Positions 9,546-17,702 of a stretch of DNA of 64,000 nt are shown one piece after another. The notes beneath the pieces are model-generated. The model made no database searches, was not told the origin of the DNA, and worked only from the letters and a program-made list of their open reading frames with translations. The DNA is taken from the NCBI GenBank assembly GCA_043767805.1, contig JAYUGC010000066.1:5597-69596 (forward strand), given 5' to 3'. Position 1 is the stretch's first letter. Every line of letters begins with the position of its first letter. A program made the position numbers and the translations under genes. The DNA is from Pseudomonadota bacterium (GTDB lineage Bacteria > Bdellovibrionota > FAC87 > UBA2466).

Positions 9546-10178
9546 ATGGCATTGCGCCTTCTCCTCTGGCTCAGTTTGGCTTCGATTACCGCGCGGGGGG
9601 CGACCCACGTTGAGGCCGCCCTGTTGCGTCTAGACGGCTCTTACCCTTGGCGCCGGGTAGCGGAAGGCGTGCCCACGCTCGCTTATGGCGCGGTCACCGG
9701 TCTCGGCGGACTTTGGATCATGCTGGACTCTCGGCACCACAACGATACCGAGCGCACCGTCGGGGCGGTGGCTGGGGTTACCGGCGCCGTGATGCTGCTC
9801 GATAGTCTCGCGATGAGTTTCGGAAAGAGCTCTGGCGAGCATTTTATCGAGCACTACCGCGAAATGGGTCCGAACGGAGATGGGCTTTTCTCGACGAAAG
9901 ACGCTTACGCCGATGCCGCCCTCGCCCGTTTCGCAGAGACGAGCCGCTCCAGCCGGTACGTACGCGGGGCGTTGGCGCTCGTCAATGCGGCTCCTTACTT
10001 CTATTTTTATTTTTCCAATTCCCTCCGCTACCACAATGCCGTGTTTCTCGGCGGAGGCTTGGTCGCGATCGCGCTCTACCGCTTTCTCGTCCCGAGTCCA
10101 GAAGAAGGCGCGGCCTGTATTTTGATTGGCTCGAGTCCCGCGACGCCCACGAGCCTTGCCCTTCGGTGGAGCTTTTAG
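9546..10178 (+). CDS. hypothetical integral membrane protein
   Basis: 210 aa with several hydrophobic helices and a signal-like N-terminus. It lies immediately upstream of, and is contiguous with, the CDF transporter gene (stop at 10178, ATG at 10179). Confidence 0.45.
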   Translation: MALRLLLWLSLASITARGATHVEAALLRLDGSYPWRRVAEGVPTLAYGAVTGLGGLWIMLDSRHHNDTERTVGAVAGVTGAVMLLDSLAMSFGKSSGEHFIEHYREMGPNGDGLFSTKDAYADAALARFAETSRSSRYVRGALALVNAAPYFYFYFSNSLRYHNAVFLGGGLVAIALYRFLVPSPEEGAACILIGSSPATPTSLALRWSF

Positions 10179-11087
10179 ATGAGACACGGGCACGATCACC
10201 ATCACCACGACAGCGGCCCGTGCGCCCCGAAAAACACGCGCACTCTTTGGCTCGTTTTCTTTTTGTCCGGCGGCTACATGGTAGCCGAAGTGGTGGGCGG
10301 CCTTTGGACCGGCTCACTGGCCTTGCTCGCCGACGCGGCTCACATGGCGATCGACACGGGCGCCATCGCTCTCGGGCTTTTCGCCACTTGGATTGCGCAG
10401 CGCCCACCGACGGACGCAAAAACTTACGGTTACTACCGGGCGGAGATTCTGGCGGCTCTCCTTAACGGCTGCGTTCTCATCGGTGCGGCCGCCTGGATCA
10501 TCGCCGAGGCCCTTCCTCGTTTCAGCACTCCTCCGGAGATTAAAGGATCCGCGATGGCGATCATCGCCTCGGGCGGGCTCATCGTGAACGTCGTCTCGCT
10601 TTGGCTGATGCATGGAAGTGACAAGGATCATCTGAACATGCGTGGGGTTTGGCTTCACCTTGTCGGCGATACCTTGGGCTCGGTGGGCGCCATCACCGCG
10701 GCGGTGCTCATTTGGAAGTACGGCTGGAACCTCGCCGATCCGATCCTCTCCGTCGTCCTCACGTTACTCATCGTTTTCGGCGCCGGCCATTTACTCGTCG
10801 ACTGCGTGAACGTGCTTTTGGAAGGAGTTCCGAAGCACATCGATTTACCGGCGGTGAAACGCGACTTGGAAGCGGCGGGCGGTGTAAAAAATGTGCACGA
10901 CCTGCACGTTTGGCTTGTGACCAGCGGCCTCACCGCGCTCTCCGCGCACGTCACCGTAAACGAAGGCCGCGATCACTCCGAAGTCTTGCGCGTGCTCACC
11001 ACGCTCCTCCACGACCGTCACGGCATCGAGCACGTAACTTTACAACTCGAAGCCCCCACCTTCGCCCACCGCGACCTCCACGTCTAA
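10179..11087 (+). CDS. czcD: cation diffusion facilitator (CDF) family metal efflux transporter (CzcD/ZitB-like)
   Basis: His-rich N-terminus 'MRHGHDHHHHDS'. TM helices carry the metal-site motifs 'ALLADAAHMAIDTGA' and 'HLVGDTLGSVGAI'. The C-terminal cytoplasmic domain contains 'HDLHVW'. Confidence 0.85.
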   Translation: MRHGHDHHHHDSGPCAPKNTRTLWLVFFLSGGYMVAEVVGGLWTGSLALLADAAHMAIDTGAIALGLFATWIAQRPPTDAKTYGYYRAEILAALLNGCVLIGAAAWIIAEALPRFSTPPEIKGSAMAIIASGGLIVNVVSLWLMHGSDKDHLNMRGVWLHLVGDTLGSVGAITAAVLIWKYGWNLADPILSVVLTLLIVFGAGHLLVDCVNVLLEGVPKHIDLPAVKRDLEAAGGVKNVHDLHVWLVTSGLTALSAHVTVNEGRDHSEVLRVLTTLLHDRHGIEHVTLQLEAPTFAHRDLHV

Positions 11088-11118
11088 AAGGCCCCCCTCG
11101 CCGCGGCTACGCCGGCTC

Positions 11119-11147
11119 GCCAAAAGGTGTGTGGATACTTTTAGCCA
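11119..11147. repeat. left 29-bp inverted repeat of RAYT element
   Basis: Exact reverse complement of 11831-11859. Confidence 0.8.
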
Positions 11148-11182
11148 ACGACGGCACGATTCCTGCTTTCGAACGCCTCGCT

Positions 11183-11872
11183 ATGCCAAGAATGAAGCTT
11201 GTTCGAACCGCACGCGGCGTTTATCACATCACCAACAGAGTTAATCATAAACATGATTTTCCACTCCCACTCGAAGAGTGCTGGCCGATTTTCATGAATA
11301 TTTTAGAGAGGGTAACTGAGAACCTATCGGCGGAAATTCACGCTTTTGTCCTAATGTCTAACCACTATCATCTATTCCTAACGACCCCACTCTTCAACGT
11401 TGACGTAATAATGAAATATGTGAATCGGGAAGTAACCCGGGCGATCAGTCGGAAAACCGGTCTGATAAATCATATTTTCGGTGCGAGGTATCACCCCAGC
11501 CTTGTCTACAACCCACGAGACTTTGCTCACGTCCTGAAATACATATATAGAAATCCCGTGAAAGCAGGATTGGTAAAGAGCGTCGAACAATATCCTTTCT
11601 CCACCGTATCTAGCTTAGTTCACGCAAGTCGATTCGAATTTCTGAGAGCGAGCAAATTTTTCCCCGATGCCCTGTCCGGACTTCGCCCTGCGGAGAGATT
11701 ATTTTGGCTCAATGAGCCTCTGGCTAAAGAACAGGAAGAGCTGATTCGAAAGGCAAATAGGAGGCGAGAGTTTCAGTTCTCGAATCGCGTCGCCGAGCAG
11801 AAAGTGGCTGCCCAATTATCTCCGGCACCCTGGCTAAAAGTATCCACACACCTTTTGGCTAAGGGCTGCTGA
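11183..11872 (+). CDS. REP-associated tyrosine transposase (RAYT) / IS200-like Y1 HuH transposase
   Basis: 'ARGVYHITNRVNHKHDF' N-terminus, HuH motif 'VLMSNHYHLFL', and catalytic Tyr motif 'YIYRNPVKAGLV'. The ORF-track extension upstream (10649-11182) is Arg-rich and overlaps czcD, so it is not coding. The last 14 nt overlap the stop region of the convergent membrane-protein gene. Confidence 0.75.
   Translation: MPRMKLVRTARGVYHITNRVNHKHDFPLPLEECWPIFMNILERVTENLSAEIHAFVLMSNHYHLFLTTPLFNVDVIMKYVNREVTRAISRKTGLINHIFGARYHPSLVYNPRDFAHVLKYIYRNPVKAGLVKSVEQYPFSTVSSLVHASRFEFLRASKFFPDALSGLRPAERLFWLNEPLAKEQEELIRKANRRREFQFSNRVAEQKVAAQLSPAPWLKVSTHLLAKGC
11831..11859. repeat. right 29-bp inverted repeat of RAYT element
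   Basis: Exact reverse complement of 11119-11147. It ends precisely at the TAG stop of the minus-strand membrane-protein gene. Confidence 0.8.
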
Positions 11873-14585
11873 GGGTCCGGTCGGGGGTGGCGTTGGTGGT
11901 GGCGCCGATGAGGCGGATGGCGCGGATTTCTTGAGGGTGTAGGTAGGCGAGATAGAGGGTGTCGCCGGTGAATGCCTTCCACTGTAGGCAAGAACTCACT
12001 GGTACGCGGTAGGCGACCCTGCCCGCAGTCAGCGTTCTGAAATTAATGGCGCCCTTGTCGCTCGAAACGTTCAGGTGCCCGTCGGAGAGCGTGAACGCAT
12101 CCGGCACCACGCGCTCGAACTCGATTTCCAAAGCTTCCGCTTTGGAAGCCTTGTCGCGCGGAAGCTGAATCTCGGTCATCTGACCGTTGGCCGAGCTCGA
12201 TGTGCTGAATAAGACCGTATCGGCCCGTCCCGTTCGCCAGGCCAAACCATGAGCGAGCGCGAAACCCCAGTCGCAGCCTTCGAAAAAATTCGCCTGCCCG
12301 TTGTCGACTAGCCCGCGGACCGCCACCTTCTCGCGCCGCAGATCATCACGAATGAGAATCACGTGGTGCGAAAAGACCGCGAAAACGCGGTAGCTCTTCA
12401 AAACTTGCCGAGACAATTCGTAGTACCGCGTCTGCGCGGGCACTCCGTCAAAGCGAGCAAAGGGCGCGCTGCTCAAGTAAACGATCCACTCCGGCTTTTC
12501 CCGATCGAGCTCCTCGCCAATACGCCGCTGCTCTCTCGCGTTCGCGTACGGGTACTGATGCCGAAGCGGAACGGGCAGTTCCAAAAGATAATGAAATAGC
12601 GCGGGCTCGTTGGTGAAGTCGAAAACCTTCTCGCCCGCGAGCTTATGCGTGACAAAGAAATCCCGAAGCTCTCGTACGATTCTCAGAGAATCCTTACCGA
12701 GCTCTCCGTAACCCCACCTCGACAAGGACGAGCGAACCGCAGCGGGTTTAGCGTACCGCGCGGGCAGCGATTCGAAGTGCCACCACACGGATCGGGAAAG
12801 CGGAATGAGCAATACCGCCATGAGCGCGAGCCCCATGGGCTGCAAACCCCGGCCGCGGTACTCGGCCGGAAGCCGATGCTCCCACTGCCGATCGACCCAA
12901 GCCACGCCTTCCGCCATCATCCAGTAAACCAGAGGCAAGGCGAGCGAGACGTGGGCGAGGATGTGCTCGTCCGCGCGCGCTAAGAACTTCCGGTAGTAGA
13001 GAATAGCGAAAACGTTCCAGCCGAACATCACCGCGTCGAGCGGCAAAAGTTTCCCTGCGCGCACCCGGAAAGCGAGAAACAGCAGAGACGAGAAATACAC
13101 TATCCACGGAAAAAGCACCGCGAGGGTGAACCAGTTCGTGATTTTCCAAGGGATCGGAATGCCGACCGCGTAGATGTGTCCCGCCGCCAAATTCACGTAG
13201 CAGCTGATGTAAGCGCCCAGCGCGCCGAACACGGCGAGAAACGCCAGCCAGCCGACGAGAAACAAAGTTCCCCCGGCGAGTCCCGCTTTGGTGATCCGTA
13301 ACGCTTTGAACCAACGCTCGGACGGAATGCGATTGAAGGCTTCAAACCCGAAGAATCCACAGAAGAGGCCGAACGGCACGAAGAGGGCTTCGGGTGTCGC
13401 CACTACGAGCGCGATCGCACCGGCGCCCGTAAACGCCGCGAGCCTCGCCGAGCGGCGAGCTAGAGCAAGCGTCGCCAGGAAAAAAAGCGGGTAGAGAAAG
13501 AGGAACCGAAAGTTGAACCCGTCAAAAACAATGGGCCAAACCCAAGGCAAGAGCACCGCGGTCAGGGTCAGAAGCCAAGGGCGGCGGCGGAAGAAGAGGC
13601 AAAGCAAAACGTACTGCGAAAGAAAAAAGAGCGGCTTGGCGATGAGCGACACGCCCGCGTCCGCGCCCCAAACCGTATCTTCAAAGAAGCGATGCCCAAC
13701 CCAGGCAAAGATCGGATCTTGCAGAAGCCCGTGCTGGAACAGAAAGTCCCGCCAGGGGAACCCGCCCTGACGAAGCAAGAGGCTCGTAACCAGGGACTCG
13801 CCGTCATGATGAAGATGCAGCCAGGTGCGCGCCACCGGAGTTTCCGCCGTCAGCACGAAAATGAAGACCGGAAAAACCAGACCGAAGAAAACTTTGCGCT
13901 CGAGGGCCGCCGCGCTGGCCGCGTCCCTGACGCGGCCCAATCGGCGCGAAATCCATACGGCAAGACCCACGGTAGCCGCCGCCGCGAGCCAGAAGGGAAA
14001 CCAGGGATGCCCGTCCGTGCCCACGCGAGTGGCCTGCGAAGCTCCATAGAGCACGAAGGGGATGGCCGCCGAGAAAAGCGCATTCACCCAAGACGCGCCG
14101 ATTTCGTTGCCGTCGGGCACTCTCCGACGAATCCAGAGCGCCGCCCCATAGACGAGTCCCCCGTACAGCACGGCGACGAGTAAAGTCTGCGCGAAAAAAT
14201 TGCCGTGGCCGTAACAGACGGTGCCCAACCCAAAGACGAAGCCGGTGAACCAAAGCCGCATCATTCTGCCGACGCGAGACGCCCAGGTGGTCGGTGAGAC
14301 CTTGGGCTCGGGAACATCCTTCAGCCAGGACTCAAACCAGACCGGCGTGAACTGCTCCCAGGAAAAGCGGTGGCGCCTGAGCCGCAAGAAAATCCAGGCG
14401 GCAAACAGCGGCATGCCGATCGCTTCCAATAGGTACGCTTTGAAATAGAGATCGATGTTGAAATTGGCAAAAAGCGGATATCCCATCAGGTCCGTGCTGG
14501 GATTAAACCCACGCGGCGTGACGAGCCAGACCAAGGCCATCGTCACTTGGGCCATGACTAAGGAGAGCACCAGGCGAAGCGTCAC
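11859..14585 (-). CDS. large polytopic membrane protein (908 aa) with C-terminal soluble domain; GT-C-like architecture (unassigned)
   Basis: About 550 aa of repeated hydrophobic helices are followed by a ~350-aa hydrophilic C-terminal region. It is the last gene of an overlapping 5-gene minus-strand operon (its start overlaps the stop of the FAD oxidoreductase gene). No catalytic motif recognised. Confidence 0.55.
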   Translation of the reverse strand: MTLRLVLSLVMAQVTMALVWLVTPRGFNPSTDLMGYPLFANFNIDLYFKAYLLEAIGMPLFAAWIFLRLRRHRFSWEQFTPVWFESWLKDVPEPKVSPTTWASRVGRMMRLWFTGFVFGLGTVCYGHGNFFAQTLLVAVLYGGLVYGAALWIRRRVPDGNEIGASWVNALFSAAIPFVLYGASQATRVGTDGHPWFPFWLAAAATVGLAVWISRRLGRVRDAASAAALERKVFFGLVFPVFIFVLTAETPVARTWLHLHHDGESLVTSLLLRQGGFPWRDFLFQHGLLQDPIFAWVGHRFFEDTVWGADAGVSLIAKPLFFLSQYVLLCLFFRRRPWLLTLTAVLLPWVWPIVFDGFNFRFLFLYPLFFLATLALARRSARLAAFTGAGAIALVVATPEALFVPFGLFCGFFGFEAFNRIPSERWFKALRITKAGLAGGTLFLVGWLAFLAVFGALGAYISCYVNLAAGHIYAVGIPIPWKITNWFTLAVLFPWIVYFSSLLFLAFRVRAGKLLPLDAVMFGWNVFAILYYRKFLARADEHILAHVSLALPLVYWMMAEGVAWVDRQWEHRLPAEYRGRGLQPMGLALMAVLLIPLSRSVWWHFESLPARYAKPAAVRSSLSRWGYGELGKDSLRIVRELRDFFVTHKLAGEKVFDFTNEPALFHYLLELPVPLRHQYPYANAREQRRIGEELDREKPEWIVYLSSAPFARFDGVPAQTRYYELSRQVLKSYRVFAVFSHHVILIRDDLRREKVAVRGLVDNGQANFFEGCDWGFALAHGLAWRTGRADTVLFSTSSSANGQMTEIQLPRDKASKAEALEIEFERVVPDAFTLSDGHLNVSSDKGAINFRTLTAGRVAYRVPVSSCLQWKAFTGDTLYLAYLHPQEIRAIRLIGATTNATPDRTLSSP

Positions 14586-15943
14586 GCGTTACCCTCCGCG
14601 GAATGTCCGAGGTAAAAGTTGACCCGCGTTTCCAGATCCGCTTCCCGATCGAGAAGCAGCGACTCGGCTTTGAAGACTCCTTGGATCACATCGTCGATAT
14701 TACTATGAGTGAAGAGCCCTTGGCGCCCCAAAGACAAGAGCCGAGGCAGATAAGCCATGCGCCGGGCCGCCTCCCCCCACTGATCCGCGTGCCCTTTGAG
14801 GTAAACCGGGTAAACCACACTCTGATTGACGTCGAGCCGCTCGTGAATCTTCAAAGGATCGAGCCAGCCCAAAGCCACGAGGGACGCGACGGCCTTATCG
14901 CCTTTAAGAGCAAGCTGCGCCGGATGCGGCACGTTGTACTCGAGACAAAGCACGTTCTTGCCTTCGGCCAGACAATCGCGGCTGCAATACGAAAAATCCG
15001 TCACGCGATTAAACGCCACTTCCGGGTCGGCGGTAAATGTAAACGGGCCCGAAAGGCGCACGTCCTCCGGCACGCTTAGAAACGTAAAGCCCAGGCCGCG
15101 GTATTTCAGCCGGCCCGTCTCGAGACCCGCGAGATCGCCGTGTAGGCGAGACAGCGTCGACACCGGGATGGTGCTGGCCAAAGTGTGCGCCCGTAACCGC
15201 CGCCCATCCACGTCAACGACGACCTCTCCCGGCGTCTCGCGGATGGCGGTCACCTGCGCGCTCAAGCGCAAAGTCACGCCCCGTGAGCGCAGCCGCTCCA
15301 GAATCTTCTCCGCGATCTGATAAACGCCGAGCCGCGGATAGTAGTGGGCGGTAGCCAAAGGATCTTCCGCGTGGCGAGCTTTGCGGCCGAGGCCAAAAAG
15401 GCGCGAAAGCTTGAGAGGAGGCAAGCGATCCTTTGCGAGACGCCCGTCGAGCTCCTTGGACGGAACGGCCCAAATCTTTTCGGTCAGCGGGCCAAAGAAA
15501 CTCTCAAAGAGAGGACCGCCGTATTGCGAGCGCGCCCAGTCCTCGAAGGTTTTCACTTCTCCGGCGGGAAGCAGCCGTGCCAGGCCGAAACCGATTCCCG
15601 ATTTGAGCACTTCTCCCGGAGGGAGCCGTTTCAAAATCTCCAAGGGGTTGACCGGGTAGGACAGGACCTGCCCGCGAAAGAGCACCTTCATCCGAAACGT
15701 GCGATCCAAAAGATCGTCGCCCAAGAGATCGCGGTAGTAAGCCAGCACCTCGGGCCACTTTGCCCGTACGTTATGAGGCCCGAGATCGACACGCGAGCCA
15801 TCCAGATGCACGCCGCGCGCGAGACCGCCCACTTCGGACTCCTTCTCCAGCACGGTCACTTGCACGCCCCGGGAAGACAGGCGATCGGCCAGAGTCAGTC
15901 CCGCGATGCCGGCGCCCAGCACGATGCAGGAGTCCATCTTCAA
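14582..15943 (-). CDS. FAD/NAD(P)-binding oxidoreductase (amine-oxidase / UDP-galactopyranose-mutase-like fold)
   Basis: N-terminal dinucleotide-binding motif 'IVLGAGIAGLTLADRLSSRGVQVTVLEKESEVGG', then 'GPHNV'. 453 aa. Its stop overlaps the start of the membrane-protein gene. Confidence 0.65.
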   Translation of the reverse strand: MKMDSCIVLGAGIAGLTLADRLSSRGVQVTVLEKESEVGGLARGVHLDGSRVDLGPHNVRAKWPEVLAYYRDLLGDDLLDRTFRMKVLFRGQVLSYPVNPLEILKRLPPGEVLKSGIGFGLARLLPAGEVKTFEDWARSQYGGPLFESFFGPLTEKIWAVPSKELDGRLAKDRLPPLKLSRLFGLGRKARHAEDPLATAHYYPRLGVYQIAEKILERLRSRGVTLRLSAQVTAIRETPGEVVVDVDGRRLRAHTLASTIPVSTLSRLHGDLAGLETGRLKYRGLGFTFLSVPEDVRLSGPFTFTADPEVAFNRVTDFSYCSRDCLAEGKNVLCLEYNVPHPAQLALKGDKAVASLVALGWLDPLKIHERLDVNQSVVYPVYLKGHADQWGEAARRMAYLPRLLSLGRQGLFTHSNIDDVIQGVFKAESLLLDREADLETRVNFYLGHSAEGNA

Positions 15944-16905
15944 GAACGCGTCTCCGGAGCCTGATAGACGGGAAAATAGTTCCGGTCTCGAATCCCGCGC
16001 CGGCTACAAGCGGCGCCGTACGCTTTATCGTCGAAAACTCGCGTCCAGCGGCCAGCGGTTAGCCGCTCACCGCCAAAACGGCTCTTGAATTTCTCGAGGC
16101 CGTCTCCTTCGACGGAGCCGCCGCCCAGATTCACCCAAGGCAAACCGAGCGCCTTTAGGCGGAGCATCCCTTCCCATAAGAGCGCGCCCGTCGCGCGGCG
16201 GCCCTCGGTCGTCGAAGCTTGAAAGAAGTACTCGGCTCCCCAGGCGCTGGCTCCAAATCCGGCGATGGAGACGACGCGACCCGCGGTGTCCCGGGCTCCC
16301 AGCCACAAAAATCCCTCCATTTTGGAATAAAGGGAAAGCGTCTCGTCGGAAAAGCGATAGACGGGCGCCGCGCCTACGCGCTCGCAGGTGGAGCGGTAGA
16401 GCGCCGGGAAATCCGAGGCGAGTGCGGCGCGATCGTCTTCCAAAGTCCAGCCGGCGGCGAGCGCCGTATCGGAGCGGACGGATTTACCCTCCAGCCGATG
16501 CCATAGCTCCGATTCGCTCTTGGCCAGATCGACGACAAAAACCGTTCGGGCGGGAGAGGCGAAGGGAAAGCGTTCCCAAGAGCAAAATTGCGGATGCAGA
16601 GCTAGATATCCCGCCACCCATTTCTTCTTGCTCGCGTAGCGAAGGAGCCCTTCGAGAAACTCACCTTCGGCGACGACTCCCGCGGGACCGGCAAATCCAT
16701 AAGGAGTGGTGACATCAATCCAAGCCTCGTACCGCCGCTCGAGTAAAACGACGGCGGACGAGCCATCGGTAAGGAGAAAAGGCGCGGCGCCGCTTCGGGC
16801 GAGCGCCTGGGCATGATCCCAGCGGTGACAGAAGCCATGAGGAATCGTGGCGAGCGAGCTCTCCCACAAGTCCCGGCGACTCAAATCGACGCGCTTCAAC
16901 ACCAC
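15940..16905 (-). CDS. FemAB-family / GNAT-fold (Acetyltransf_6-like) acyl- or aminoacyl-transferase
   Basis: 321 aa. The C-terminal 'GDGLEKFKSRFGGERL' resembles the FemAB / BioF2-like GNAT C-terminal signature. Overall spacing fits a duplicated GNAT fold. The ORF overlaps both neighbouring genes. Confidence 0.5.
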   Translation of the reverse strand: MVLKRVDLSRRDLWESSLATIPHGFCHRWDHAQALARSGAAPFLLTDGSSAVVLLERRYEAWIDVTTPYGFAGPAGVVAEGEFLEGLLRYASKKKWVAGYLALHPQFCSWERFPFASPARTVFVVDLAKSESELWHRLEGKSVRSDTALAAGWTLEDDRAALASDFPALYRSTCERVGAAPVYRFSDETLSLYSKMEGFLWLGARDTAGRVVSIAGFGASAWGAEYFFQASTTEGRRATGALLWEGMLRLKALGLPWVNLGGGSVEGDGLEKFKSRFGGERLTAGRWTRVFDDKAYGAACSRRGIRDRNYFPVYQAPETRS

Positions 16906-17702
16906 TCTCCCTCGAGCCGGACGATCCCATCCGCGGTGGCGAACGCAAAGCCCTGGTCCTGTCCCAAAATCGTGCCGGGCGTCGCCTTGGGGGCCTCGCC
17001 TTCGCGAAGTATCTCACACCGGCTCGCCTTGAAGCGGCCCTTCTCGGTGTCGGCGAAGGCCGAAGGCATCGGAGGAGGCAAAGCCCGGATGAGATCCCGG
17101 ATTTTGCGCGCCGGCCACTTAAAGGAAAAGGCGCCGTCTTCGGGAAGCCGGCGAGGCGCGTAAGTGCTCGTCCCCGTTTGCGGCACGCCTTCGGGCAGTC
17201 CGCCGTCCAGACCACGAAAGAAGCTCACCGCCATTTCGGCGGAAAGCGCGTCCAGCCGGCGAGTGAGCGACCAGAGGTCATCGCCCGCCTCGATGCCGAT
17301 GGCCTTTTGCGCGAGAATGTTGCCGGTATCCACGCCGCTATCGATCCGGTGGATCGTCACGCCGGTTTCCGTCTCGCCCGCGATGAGCGCCCAGGAGACC
17401 GGGTGCACGCCTCGGTAAGCCGGCAGAAGGCTCGAGTGTAGATTCACGGCCCCCCACCTCGCCTTTTCAAACACGGCGGATTTCAGCAGCTCGTACCGGC
17501 AAGTCAGAATGAGATCCAGATCGTCCCATTGTCCGGAGTCCGCCACCAGAGCCGAAGGACAAAGTGCTTTTAACACCGCCAGCTCGTCGGGAACCGATGC
17601 CGACACCACCGACGGCACGAAACCCGCCTCCACTAGTGCTGCGAGCACCGCAATCCCTTGAGGCTTTCCACCGGCAAACGCCCATTTGAAGTCATTCTTC
17701 AT
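16896..17702 (-). CDS. formyltransferase, Fmt/ArnA-N-like (N10-formyl-THF dependent) with C-terminal domain
   Basis: Formyltransferase signature 'VNLHSSLLPAYRGVHPVSWALIAGETETGVTIHRIDSGVDTGNI' carries the catalytic His and Asp. The N-terminus 'MKNDFKWAFAGGKPQGIAVLAAL' resembles the Fmt start. I chose the start at 17702; an alternative is 17747. About 100 aa follow the core, as in Fmt. Confidence 0.7.
   Translation of the reverse strand: MKNDFKWAFAGGKPQGIAVLAALVEAGFVPSVVSASVPDELAVLKALCPSALVADSGQWDDLDLILTCRYELLKSAVFEKARWGAVNLHSSLLPAYRGVHPVSWALIAGETETGVTIHRIDSGVDTGNILAQKAIGIEAGDDLWSLTRRLDALSAEMAVSFFRGLDGGLPEGVPQTGTSTYAPRRLPEDGAFSFKWPARKIRDLIRALPPPMPSAFADTEKGRFKASRCEILREGEAPKATPGTILGQDQGFAFATADGIVRLEGEWC

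Larger units (their letters stand above)
11119..11872 (+). mobile_element. IS200-like / REP-associated tyrosine transposase (RAYT) element flanked by perfect 29-bp inverted repeats, AT-rich relative to flanks
   Basis: IR-L at 11119-11147 'gccaaaaggtgtgtggatacttttagcca' and IR-R at 11831-11859 are exact reverse complements. A single Y1-HuH transposase gene lies between them. The internal sequence is visibly AT-richer than the surrounding DNA. Confidence 0.7.

Noticed and set aside
10649-11182. N-terminal 178-aa extension of the RAYT ORF
   Set aside because: It overlaps the czcD coding sequence in another frame, and its product is extremely Arg/Pro-rich. The RAYT homology starts at 'MPRMKLVRTARGVYHIT' (11183), just inside the left inverted repeat.
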